From NCBI GenBank assembly GCA_046705105.1, contig JBJKQP010000266.1:1-42862 (forward strand): a stretch of 42,862 nucleotides of DNA. The letters run 5' to 3'. Made by a program: the position numbers and the translations under genes. Of this stretch, positions 17,833 to 26,053 are shown one piece after another; position 1 is the stretch's first letter; each line of letters starts with the position of its first letter. The DNA comes from Ignavibacteriaceae bacterium. Its GTDB lineage: Bacteria; Bacteroidota; Ignavibacteria; Ignavibacteriales; Ignavibacteriaceae. The notes below the pieces were generated by a model. The model was not told the DNA's origin. It searched no databases and saw only the letters and a list, made by a program, of their open reading frames with translations.

Positions 17833-20349
17833 TTATATTGCGGCAGAAAATTTCTTTTTCTTCCTGTTGGATTTGGAGGGAGTATATGCATATTTATAAC
17901 CGTATCCGTAACCGTATTTATGGCGGAAGGCAGATTTTTCTATATCACATGCATTAGCTACAATGCCTAAAATTTTAATCTTCTCTTTTCTAATTTCATC
18001 AATTCCCCAATAAAAACTGTCTTTCAGTGAATAATTGTACCTGGCAACAAGAACAAGATTATTAATAATTTTACCAAGGATCAGGGAATCTACAACTCTT
18101 GTAATAGGAGGTGTATCGACAAGAATATAATCATATACACTAGATTTTAAAGCGTTGATAAGATCAATTGTTCTGGAAGCTTGAAACAGTTCGCTAGATC
18201 TTTCATTAATATCTCCTGCAGGCAGAATACTTAATAACTTATCTTTGGATGACTTTCCGAAGATATTGGATAAATTCATTACCGGGGCAGCTCTTAAATC
18301 TCTTTCAAGAAAGGTACTGAGTCCCGGGAAATCGCGCGGTATCTGAAAAAGATCCGATAGTCCGCATCTTTTTAAATCCGCATCAACCACTAAAACTTTT
18401 TTATTAGCTGCAACAAGAGAAAGAGCTAAGTTGGCGACCAAAGTTGTTTTTCCCGTATTTTCCTCACAGCTCGAAAACATAATAATTTTATTGGAGTTCT
18501 GCGGATTAAGCGTCAGTTTTGTTTGAAGCACTTTATAGGACTCGACAATACCCGGATGTTCACCGGCTAAAATTGCAAACTTGTCTTTAATATTATTAGA
18601 ATTTTCAATTTTATTTTTTAATTTTGCCGGAAATGCAGGAATAATAGATAACAAAGGCAATCGTAATTTATCTTCAACTTCTTCAAGCTTTAAGTATTTA
18701 CGTTCCCTAAGTTCTCCTATTGTAACATAAGCCAGCGAAATTAAGCTAGCTAAAAAAATACAGAATAAAAGAGTCAAATTTCTATTAGGCGAAACCGGAC
18801 TGATAGGCAGGGATGCCGGATCTACTACTACAACATCCTGTAATTGCGCTAATTCTTTGGCTCTAAGTTCTTCCCTTTTGTCCAGAAGTAAATTAAAAAC
18901 TCTTTCCGTAACATCCTTATCTCTAATTAAGCCTGCAAGCACGGTTTCTTTACCCGGCAAATTTTTAATCTTAGCTCTATATCTTCCGATTAAATTGTTT
19001 AATTTATTTTCTTTTTCCTTAAGAGAATTAATTATAATTCGATAAGCGGTTAATGTATTTTGGTTATAACTGCTTAATTGTTTTTTAATTTGAGCAATTT
19101 GATGATTAATGCTTATTACATCCGGATGCTGTTCTGTTTCTTTCTGCAAAAGCTCAATTTTTTTAACCTGCAAATCAGAAAGCTGCTGCATTAAACTCGT
19201 AAAAGCCCTTTCGCTGTTAGTGGTTTCCGAAGGTGATAAATACGTCTGATCGAAATAACCTTTTGAATCATAAAGGTTATTCAATTGTCTTTCTTTTTCT
19301 TCATACTGCCCCAGTAGCAATTCATTATTGACCTTTTCAGCTTCCAGACTGCTAAGTGCATTTACGGCATTATTCGAGTTCTGGTCAATATTGATTATAC
19401 CTGTAGATTCCTGATAATTACTTAATCTGTCCTCAGCGTTCTTGAGCTTTTTGGACATTTCCGTCAACTGAGAATCAATTGAAGCATAAGATGACTGTGC
19501 ATTCCTTCTTTGTTGTTCTGTTCTTGTTTCCTGAAATTTATTAACAACCGTAGCAGCAATTATCTGGGCATTTTCAGGTGATCTGTCTTTAACCTTAATT
19601 TCCATAAGGTTTGTATTATCTTTTTGAGATACGGAAATTCTATTGCTTAACAAATCAAAGGCAGTCATATCGTCAAAAACAACAAAATAAAATTTTACAC
19701 CGTTTTGAGCACTCGGCCAGTAAAGAGTTAATTTATAGCTGCCTGTATTAATTTCAATTAAATTATTTAGAGGAGCTGAAGCAACTGGAATTTTTGAATC
19801 TTTATCTATACTAAACAAGCCGATTCTCCCGTTGCCGTCTGCAGTTAATAGGAATTGGTTTGTCTTATCGATTGAATTGTACTCGAAATCCACTATTTGA
19901 GGATAATCGGATTTTTCCTCATTCTTTTTATTAAGCCATAGGTTATAATCGGTCAGCGACTTATTTATATTTTCTATTTTTCCGTCAGGCAGTTTAATTT
20001 TTTCGATTGCTAAATTAAGTTTTAATTTTTTAACTACTTTATCTAGTACACTTCTTGTTTTAACAAGTGCAACCTCCGTAGTTATATCATCCTGTGATTC
20101 CAAAGCCATCAGTCTTCTGTACGGATCCTGTCCGGAACTTTGCGGATTATCAACTTTCTTTAACAGAACCGATGATTCATAAATTCGAGAAGCAGTCTTT
20201 AAATATATAACTCCGAGCATAATTATCACTATAAAAGAAACTATAATGAAAATTTTTCTCTTATAAACCGCTCTAAACATTGAGCTTCCACTGCTTTGAT
20301 CAGACGAAGCCTGACTTTTAGTCAGCTCCATTAATTGATCATAATTCAT
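17833..20349 (-). CDS. wzc: Wzc-type polysaccharide co-polymerase with BY-kinase domain (PCP-2a)
   Basis: 838 aa. N-terminal TM, long coiled-coil periplasmic region and a second TM (LTLLFCIFLASLISLAYV). Walker A ENTGKTTLVANLA, Walker A' VLVVDADLKR, Walker B YDYILVDTPP, C-terminal tyrosine cluster HKYGYGYGYKYAYTP. Confidence 0.9.
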   Translation of the reverse strand: MNYDQLMELTKSQASSDQSSGSSMFRAVYKRKIFIIVSFIVIIMLGVIYLKTASRIYESSVLLKKVDNPQSSGQDPYRRLMALESQDDITTEVALVKTRSVLDKVVKKLKLNLAIEKIKLPDGKIENINKSLTDYNLWLNKKNEEKSDYPQIVDFEYNSIDKTNQFLLTADGNGRIGLFSIDKDSKIPVASAPLNNLIEINTGSYKLTLYWPSAQNGVKFYFVVFDDMTAFDLLSNRISVSQKDNTNLMEIKVKDRSPENAQIIAATVVNKFQETRTEQQRRNAQSSYASIDSQLTEMSKKLKNAEDRLSNYQESTGIINIDQNSNNAVNALSSLEAEKVNNELLLGQYEEKERQLNNLYDSKGYFDQTYLSPSETTNSERAFTSLMQQLSDLQVKKIELLQKETEQHPDVISINHQIAQIKKQLSSYNQNTLTAYRIIINSLKEKENKLNNLIGRYRAKIKNLPGKETVLAGLIRDKDVTERVFNLLLDKREELRAKELAQLQDVVVVDPASLPISPVSPNRNLTLLFCIFLASLISLAYVTIGELRERKYLKLEEVEDKLRLPLLSIIPAFPAKLKNKIENSNNIKDKFAILAGEHPGIVESYKVLQTKLTLNPQNSNKIIMFSSCEENTGKTTLVANLALSLVAANKKVLVVDADLKRCGLSDLFQIPRDFPGLSTFLERDLRAAPVMNLSNIFGKSSKDKLLSILPAGDINERSSELFQASRTIDLINALKSSVYDYILVDTPPITRVVDSLILGKIINNLVLVARYNYSLKDSFYWGIDEIRKEKIKILGIVANACDIEKSAFRHKYGYGYGYKYAYTPSKSNRKKKKFSAAI

Positions 20350-20372
20350 ATACTTGATAACTCGGGATTTTT

Positions 20373-20987
20373 TTATTTACGATTGGTGTAAATTATGGCA
20401 GCTAAAATTGAAGTCACCGCACTTACAACTGAAATAATAATTGTTGTATTACTTCCGTTCAGCCATTTACGCGAAATATATACTTGATCACCGGACTGCA
20501 AACCGATATCATCCAGCTTGCTTCCTTTTTCAATAATTTTTTTACCATTAATTTCAAACTCTTTGTTGTTCCTAGTAATATAAATATTACTCAAATCCGC
20601 TTCGAGTGTCGTACCGCCTGCTTTTGCGATCAAATCGGACAATTTTTCCGCGCCGGTTACATAATAAAATCCGGGATTTTTTACCTCGCCAAGAATATTA
20701 ATTTTTATCAGTGAAAGGACTGTAATTTCCGGGTCTTTATAAATTTCGCTGTATTTATTTATAATCTCTGATTTAACACTATCGATTGTCCTATTGGCTA
20801 CTTTAATTTGACCTAGATAAGGGAGACTAATATCTCCGTTATCCTGAACGAAATATTCTCCCGTTATAGGATTAGATATATTATAAAAAATAATTTTTAT
20901 TCCGTCTCCGGGTAAAAGAGTTTGGCTAAAACTTTTTACACCCATCATTAACATAACTACAACCGTTAAATATAAAATCTTTTTCAT
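20373..20987 (-). CDS. wza: Short polysaccharide export protein (Poly_export plus one SLBB-like domain, Wza-like)
   Basis: 204 aa with a signal peptide (MKKILYLTVVVMLMMGVKSFSQ). PGDGIKI, LPYLGQIKVANRT and NILGEVKNPGFY are typical of Wza N-terminal domains. It ends in a hydrophobic helix, TTIIISVVSAVTSILAAIIY. Confidence 0.75.
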   Translation of the reverse strand: MKKILYLTVVVMLMMGVKSFSQTLLPGDGIKIIFYNISNPITGEYFVQDNGDISLPYLGQIKVANRTIDSVKSEIINKYSEIYKDPEITVLSLIKINILGEVKNPGFYYVTGAEKLSDLIAKAGGTTLEADLSNIYITRNNKEFEINGKKIIEKGSKLDDIGLQSGDQVYISRKWLNGSNTTIIISVVSAVTSILAAIIYTNRK

Positions 20988-21037
20988 TTTATTCCTCGAA
21001 CAAATAATACTTATATCCGAATCATTAAAAATTAAAT

Positions 21038-21517
21038 TTACGCCGCATTAGCATTTTCTCTAATAATATGAGCAGGTACTCCTGCTACTATTGAGTCTGC
21101 TGGAACATCCTTGGTTACAACGGCGCCGGCGCCTACAATAGCGTTTTCACCAATCGTTACACCGCATAAAATTGTAGCCGAAGATCCTACAGATGCTCCT
21201 TTTTTTATTAAAGTTTTTACAACTTTCCAATCTTCTTCAGTTTGTAATCCTCCGCTGATATTAGTAGAACGGGGATACTTATCATTTATAAAAGTAACGT
21301 TATGCCCGATAAATACATTGTCTTCTATATCCACGCCTTCACAAATAAAGGTGTGAGATGATATTTTGCAGTTCATTCCGATATTCACATTTTTCTGTAT
21401 CTCTGTAAATGAACCTATCTTGGTATTATCTCCGATCGAGCAGCCGTATAGATTTACAAAATTAAAAATCTTTACATCCCTGCCGAGCTTTACATTATTA
21501 AGTATTTGATATTCCAT
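21038..21517 (-). CDS. LbH N-acetyltransferase, WbpD/WlbB-like (3-amino-sugar N-acetyltransferase)
   Basis: 159 aa. The hexapeptide repeats and the tail GAGAVVTKDVPADSIVAGVPA resemble WlbB/WbpD/QdtC-type enzymes. It sits beside an oxidoreductase and an aminotransferase. Confidence 0.7.
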   Translation of the reverse strand: MEYQILNNVKLGRDVKIFNFVNLYGCSIGDNTKIGSFTEIQKNVNIGMNCKISSHTFICEGVDIEDNVFIGHNVTFINDKYPRSTNISGGLQTEEDWKVVKTLIKKGASVGSSATILCGVTIGENAIVGAGAVVTKDVPADSIVAGVPAHIIRENANAA

Positions 21518-21576
21518 TTTAGTACCCTTTTTATTTCCTTATCCGACACTGCTCATGAATTACTTTCATCAAAATA

Positions 21577-22635
21577 TTAACCGACTTTTTGAAACGGAAT
21601 GGTTGAATGATAGAAGTATTTTTTCGGCGTCGGTTCCAGTTCAACCAAAAGCCCTCTGTTCTTAATCGATTTATCCGAAGCCTCTAAAATTTTTACGACT
21701 GCTAAGCCGTCCTCGGCATTCGTAAGCGGTTTCCTTTTTTCCATAATCGAACTGATAAATTCCTTAGCTCCGAGATTGAGTGCTTCGGTCTGCTCAATCT
21801 TTGGAGAATACATATCTCCTATCCTGTATTGTACCAGTGCATTGTGCAAACCTTCTGTGGATGTAATCTCTACGCCGCTGTTGTAAATTTTTATTTTCTC
21901 GGAATTTTCCATATCGTCAAATACAAGCATTTTTTCTTTACCGGCAATAATCATTTTTCTAATTTTAACCGGTGATGTCCAATTAACATGAAAATGCGCA
22001 AAACACGAGCTGTTCTCAAAATGCAGCGAAAGCTGGGCTAGGTTTTCAATATGGTTGTAGTTAGAGATTCCGCAAGCTGTTACTGCTATAACTTTTTTAT
22101 TTGGAATTAGGTAATTCATAATAGATAAATCATGGGGCGACAAATCCCAAATTACATTAACATCGTGCTGGAATAATCCTAAATTTACCCGAACGGAATC
22201 GAAATAAAGAATTTCTCCGAGTTCTCCGCTCTCTATCAGTTCCTTCATTTTTTTAACTGCACCAGTATAAAGGAACGTATGATCGACAAAAATTGTTAAT
22301 TTTTTTGTCTCAGCTAACTTTATTAATTCTTGTGCCTCCAGAACAGTACTTGTAAATGGTTTTTCAACCCATACATGTTTGCCTGCTGCTAATGCTTCCT
22401 TAGCAAGTTTAAAATGAGTATTTACCGGGGTAGCTATTATGACAGCATCAATGTCCTTTGCTAATAATTCTTTATAATCAGTTAAAAGTTCTACGGAAGG
22501 AAATCTTGATTTTATAAAAATCAGCCTGTCCTCTTTCATGTCACAAGCATAAATTTTTTCGACTGTATTTTGAGAGAGAAAATTTCTAACTAAATTTGGT
22601 CCCCAATATCCCAGTCCTATTATACCTATTTTCAT
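21577..22635 (-). CDS. Gfo/Idh/MocA-family NAD-dependent sugar oxidoreductase (WbpB/WlbA- or GnnA-like)
   Basis: 352 aa. MKIGIIGLGYWGPNLVRNF dinucleotide-binding start plus an EKPF motif (HVWVEKPFTS). Confidence 0.8.
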   Translation of the reverse strand: MKIGIIGLGYWGPNLVRNFLSQNTVEKIYACDMKEDRLIFIKSRFPSVELLTDYKELLAKDIDAVIIATPVNTHFKLAKEALAAGKHVWVEKPFTSTVLEAQELIKLAETKKLTIFVDHTFLYTGAVKKMKELIESGELGEILYFDSVRVNLGLFQHDVNVIWDLSPHDLSIMNYLIPNKKVIAVTACGISNYNHIENLAQLSLHFENSSCFAHFHVNWTSPVKIRKMIIAGKEKMLVFDDMENSEKIKIYNSGVEITSTEGLHNALVQYRIGDMYSPKIEQTEALNLGAKEFISSIMEKRKPLTNAEDGLAVVKILEASDKSIKNRGLLVELEPTPKKYFYHSTIPFQKVG

Positions 22636-22666
22636 AATTCCTCCAATTCACATAAATGAAATAATT

Positions 22667-24106
22667 CTATTCCCCTCCGCGCTCAAAAATCATCACCGGA
22701 AGTGTTTTTATAACTAATTGTAAATCCAGCCAAGGAGACATATTATTTATATAGTACAGATCCAGTATGATTGAATCATTGAACGAAACCGAACTTCTAC
22801 CCATAACCTGCCAGACCCCAGTGCAGCCGGGTATAACATTAAATCGCCTTTTCTGCCAATTATCGTAATTTTCATATTCATACGGCAAACACGGTCTAGG
22901 TCCTACTAAACTCATTTCTCCTTTTAATACATTATACAACTGAGGTAATTCATCAAGAGAAAGCTTGCGAAGAATTCTGCCTATGGGGGTAATTCTTTTC
23001 TTATTAATAACTTTCTTGTTTGCTCCGTCCTTACCCTCACCCTTCATAAATTTTATCATCTCTGCCTTCCGTTCCATATCATCATCCTTAGCAACATACA
23101 TTGACCTGAATTTGTAAAAAGTAAACGGAATCCCGTCCTTACCGATTCTTTTTTGCTTAATAATAACCGGGCCTTCGGAAGTTATCTTGATGAGTATTGC
23201 AATAAATGCTAAAAAAGGAGCTAATATTAATAAACCCAATGCTGCAGATATTATGTCAAAAGATCTTTTGAATTGAAGTAATGATCTGCTGGAATAATTA
23301 GGAGACATGTTAATAACAGGAAGATTGTAATATTTTTCCGTAAAAGTTCTTTGAGGAATAATATTAAACAAATCAGAAGTAATTTTAATATTTATATTAG
23401 TCTCCTGACAAAGATCAATTAACCGCATTAACTCTTCATAATCGTTTGTCTCTTTTACTATTAAGATTTCATCAATCTTTTCTCTTTTAACAATTTCCTT
23501 TACATCGGCAATTTCACCTAATATTCTTTTATTTTTTATTACTTCTTCGCCGATTCTTTTTTCATCATCTAAAAACCCGACTATGTTGATTCCCAGAGGA
23601 TTCTCAAAAGCTATTTTTGTTGCCAGCATCCTTCCGGGTTCACCATTACCTACAATCAAAATATTTTTTCTGAATTGCTTGTTTTTTAGCAGAAGAAAAA
23701 ATCTTCTTAATAATTCTATTCTAACAATATATGAGAGGAGTAAAGTGGAAATTGAAAAAATAATAACCAGCAAAAACAACTGCTGAATTTCAAGGTGAGC
23801 CATAGTAATTGAGGCTGCTAAAATAACAAATAAAAAGTACCAAAGTGATTTAAGTAATTCAGTTAGATGAGCAGATCTTGTTATAATAACACTGACTTTA
23901 TAAAGATTATTAACGGAGAAAATAAACAATAAGATGGAAATAGTTAGGATCGAAACAATCCAGAACAATCCTGATTGCATTATGCCATCAAATGTTATCG
24001 ATGAAGTAAGTTTTCCGTAAACTAATAAAGTACATAGAATTGCCAATATCATAATTGCTGCATCGGAAACTGCAAAAAATACTTTATATTTATCAGGTCT
24101 AGTCAT
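22667..24106 (-). CDS. Polyprenyl-phosphate glycosylphosphotransferase (WbaP-type initiating sugar transferase)
   Basis: N-terminal TM helices, a central Rossmann-like segment (NILIVGNGEPG) and a C-terminal bacterial sugar transferase domain (KRSFDIISAALGLLILAPFL, PFTFYKFRSM, DELPQLYNVLKGEMSLVGPRP). The track start at 24118 is TTG; the ATG at 24106 is preferred. Confidence 0.9.
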   Translation of the reverse strand: MTRPDKYKVFFAVSDAAIMILAILCTLLVYGKLTSSITFDGIMQSGLFWIVSILTISILLFIFSVNNLYKVSVIITRSAHLTELLKSLWYFLFVILAASITMAHLEIQQLFLLVIIFSISTLLLSYIVRIELLRRFFLLLKNKQFRKNILIVGNGEPGRMLATKIAFENPLGINIVGFLDDEKRIGEEVIKNKRILGEIADVKEIVKREKIDEILIVKETNDYEELMRLIDLCQETNINIKITSDLFNIIPQRTFTEKYYNLPVINMSPNYSSRSLLQFKRSFDIISAALGLLILAPFLAFIAILIKITSEGPVIIKQKRIGKDGIPFTFYKFRSMYVAKDDDMERKAEMIKFMKGEGKDGANKKVINKKRITPIGRILRKLSLDELPQLYNVLKGEMSLVGPRPCLPYEYENYDNWQKRRFNVIPGCTGVWQVMGRSSVSFNDSIILDLYYINNMSPWLDLQLVIKTLPVMIFERGGE

Positions 24107-24154
24107 AATGGCCGGCAATTCTATTTAATTTTCGACTATACACATAAAAAGGTT

Positions 24155-25333
24155 TCACTGAATTTCAGATTCCAGAATTTTTTTTGAAGGTTGGCTTGTC
24201 TTGTTTTCGAAAAATTCTTTGATCTGCAATGCTACAAATTCAATCTGTTCTTCGGATAGTTCTGGAAACATTGGTAAGGATATGGCTGAATCAGCAAGCT
24301 GCTCCGTTTCAGGGAAGTCTCCTTTTTTATATCTGAGGTAATCAAAGCATTTTTGAAGATGTAATGGAATGGGGTAATGAAATCCTACTGATACGCCGTT
24401 TTTTACTAAATGATCAGCAAGTTCATTCTTTAAATTTAGTCTTTCGTCAGGATTATCACTTAAAACTTGGATTACATACAAGTGATAAACATGTTTGGCA
24501 TAAGGCATTTCCGCCGGTAACTTAATTTGTTTAATCCCAGCTAAATGCTTTCTATATCGTAATGCATTTTCACGTCTGGCATTTGTCCATTCATTTAAAT
24601 ATTTTAATTTGACGCCTAAAACAGCTCCTTGAATGCCTTCCATTCTGTAGTTATGACCAAAAGATTCATGTTTGTACTTTTGTATAGCACCGTGATCCCG
24701 GAGCATTTTGGCTTTCACTGCAATATCATCATTATTCGTTAATACTGCACCGCCTTCTCCATAGGCACCCAAATTTTTACCGGGATAAAAGCTAAATGAA
24801 CAGATCTCTCCCAGACCACCTACTTTTGTACCTTTATATTCAGCGAAATGAGCTTGTGCAGCATCTTCAACAAGAAGCAAATTATGTTTTGCTGCAATTT
24901 CTTTAAGCGGATCCATATCAGCAGGTTGTCCATAAAGATGAACGGCAACAATGGCTTTGGTCTTTGAAGTAATCGCCTGTTCTACTTTTTCAGGATCTAT
25001 ATTATAGCTGTCTTTTTCACAGTCTACAAATACAGGTTTGGCACCACATAATGTAGCTCCCCATGCAGTAGCAATAAATGTATTTGCCGGTATTATTACT
25101 TCATCACCTGCTCCAATTCCTGCTGCCCATAAAACGATATGATTTCCGGCTGTACCGGAATTAACTGCGATGCAATGTTTTACTCCGTGTGCTTTTGCAA
25201 ATTCTTCTTCAAAATTAAAAACTGCTTTACCTAGTACAAAAGAAGAATTATCAAGAATATTTTGTATCGCGGGATCTATTTCATGTTTAATAGATTTGTA
25301 TTGTGATTTAAGGTCTAAAAACGGAACCTGCAT
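24155..25333 (-). CDS. DegT/DnrJ/EryC1/StrS-family PLP-dependent sugar aminotransferase (WbpE/WlbC-like)
   Basis: MQVPFLDLKSQY is the typical family N-terminus, and SFYPGKNLGAYGEGG carries the PLP lysine region. The track ORF extends to a GTG at 25390. The ATG at 25333 matches family N-termini. Confidence 0.9.
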   Translation of the reverse strand: MQVPFLDLKSQYKSIKHEIDPAIQNILDNSSFVLGKAVFNFEEEFAKAHGVKHCIAVNSGTAGNHIVLWAAGIGAGDEVIIPANTFIATAWGATLCGAKPVFVDCEKDSYNIDPEKVEQAITSKTKAIVAVHLYGQPADMDPLKEIAAKHNLLLVEDAAQAHFAEYKGTKVGGLGEICSFSFYPGKNLGAYGEGGAVLTNNDDIAVKAKMLRDHGAIQKYKHESFGHNYRMEGIQGAVLGVKLKYLNEWTNARRENALRYRKHLAGIKQIKLPAEMPYAKHVYHLYVIQVLSDNPDERLNLKNELADHLVKNGVSVGFHYPIPLHLQKCFDYLRYKKGDFPETEQLADSAISLPMFPELSEEQIEFVALQIKEFFENKTSQPSKKILESEIQ

Positions 25334-25599
25334 TAAATATTTTCTCTCATTGTTAATGATATTTTTTTTAATTTGCAGCGAAGTATGCACAGCTTCGCCT
25401 CGTGAGTCACATCTATGACCCCTTCCCTAATCAGTATTTCAAATAAGATTTTAATTGGATTAACACGGTATTATTTTTTTATTCTTTTTGTCGTTCAACC
25501 GTATTAACGCTCCACTTATTAAATCATATTTATTTACGTAATAATTATATTAATAAACTTTAAGCCGCATTTTTTTCATTTTAGCCTATATTTTCAATT

Positions 25600-25608
25600 A
25601 TTATACCA
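25600..25608 (-). promoter_or_regulatory. Candidate extended -10 promoter element (TGGTATAAT) for the polysaccharide operon
   Basis: The minus strand reads CATTGGTATAATAATTG. This is a perfect TGnTATAAT with no good -35. It would give a leader of about 260 nt. Chance occurrence in AT-rich DNA is not negligible, and the sigma specificity of the host is unknown. Confidence 0.25.
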
Positions 25609-26053
25609 ATGAAAAAACACTAAAAACGAACCTTTTTACCGGTTAATATGTATTAATTAAGTCTTTTTTATCATTTTGAGATCGGATGTATTGTTTTTGA
25701 AATTGGAGGGTGAAGAACTAGAAAACTTTGGATAAAATAACAACTTATAGAGATATAATTGTAAATGTGAATTTAGAAATATTGGTTACGAGATAACTAT
25801 GTGGAATTTAATTTTATATGTTTTGATAGTATTGTCTTTTCAAAAGCGATTTGTTTCTTCTATTTAAAATTATTGTCCACCCTATCAGGAGGCAGAAAGA
25901 TTTTTTCGGAATGACATAGATTTATTTTTCAATCAGAAAAATTTGTTTGATTAAATGAAGGAAATTCAGCAACTAATTTATTATCAATTGTTTTATAACT
26001 TAATTATCTTTGCTCACTAAAATAATTAATTACCCTATTTACAAAACCGGATT

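Noticed and set aside
25391-26053. ops/JUMPStart element, UpxY-type antiterminator gene or invertible (fin-flanked) promoter upstream of the EPS operon
   Set aside because: There is no GGCGGTAG or its complement, and no ORF of 60 aa or more. I found no pair of long inverted repeats flanking a promoter-sized segment, only the short 10-bp leader stem reported as a finding.
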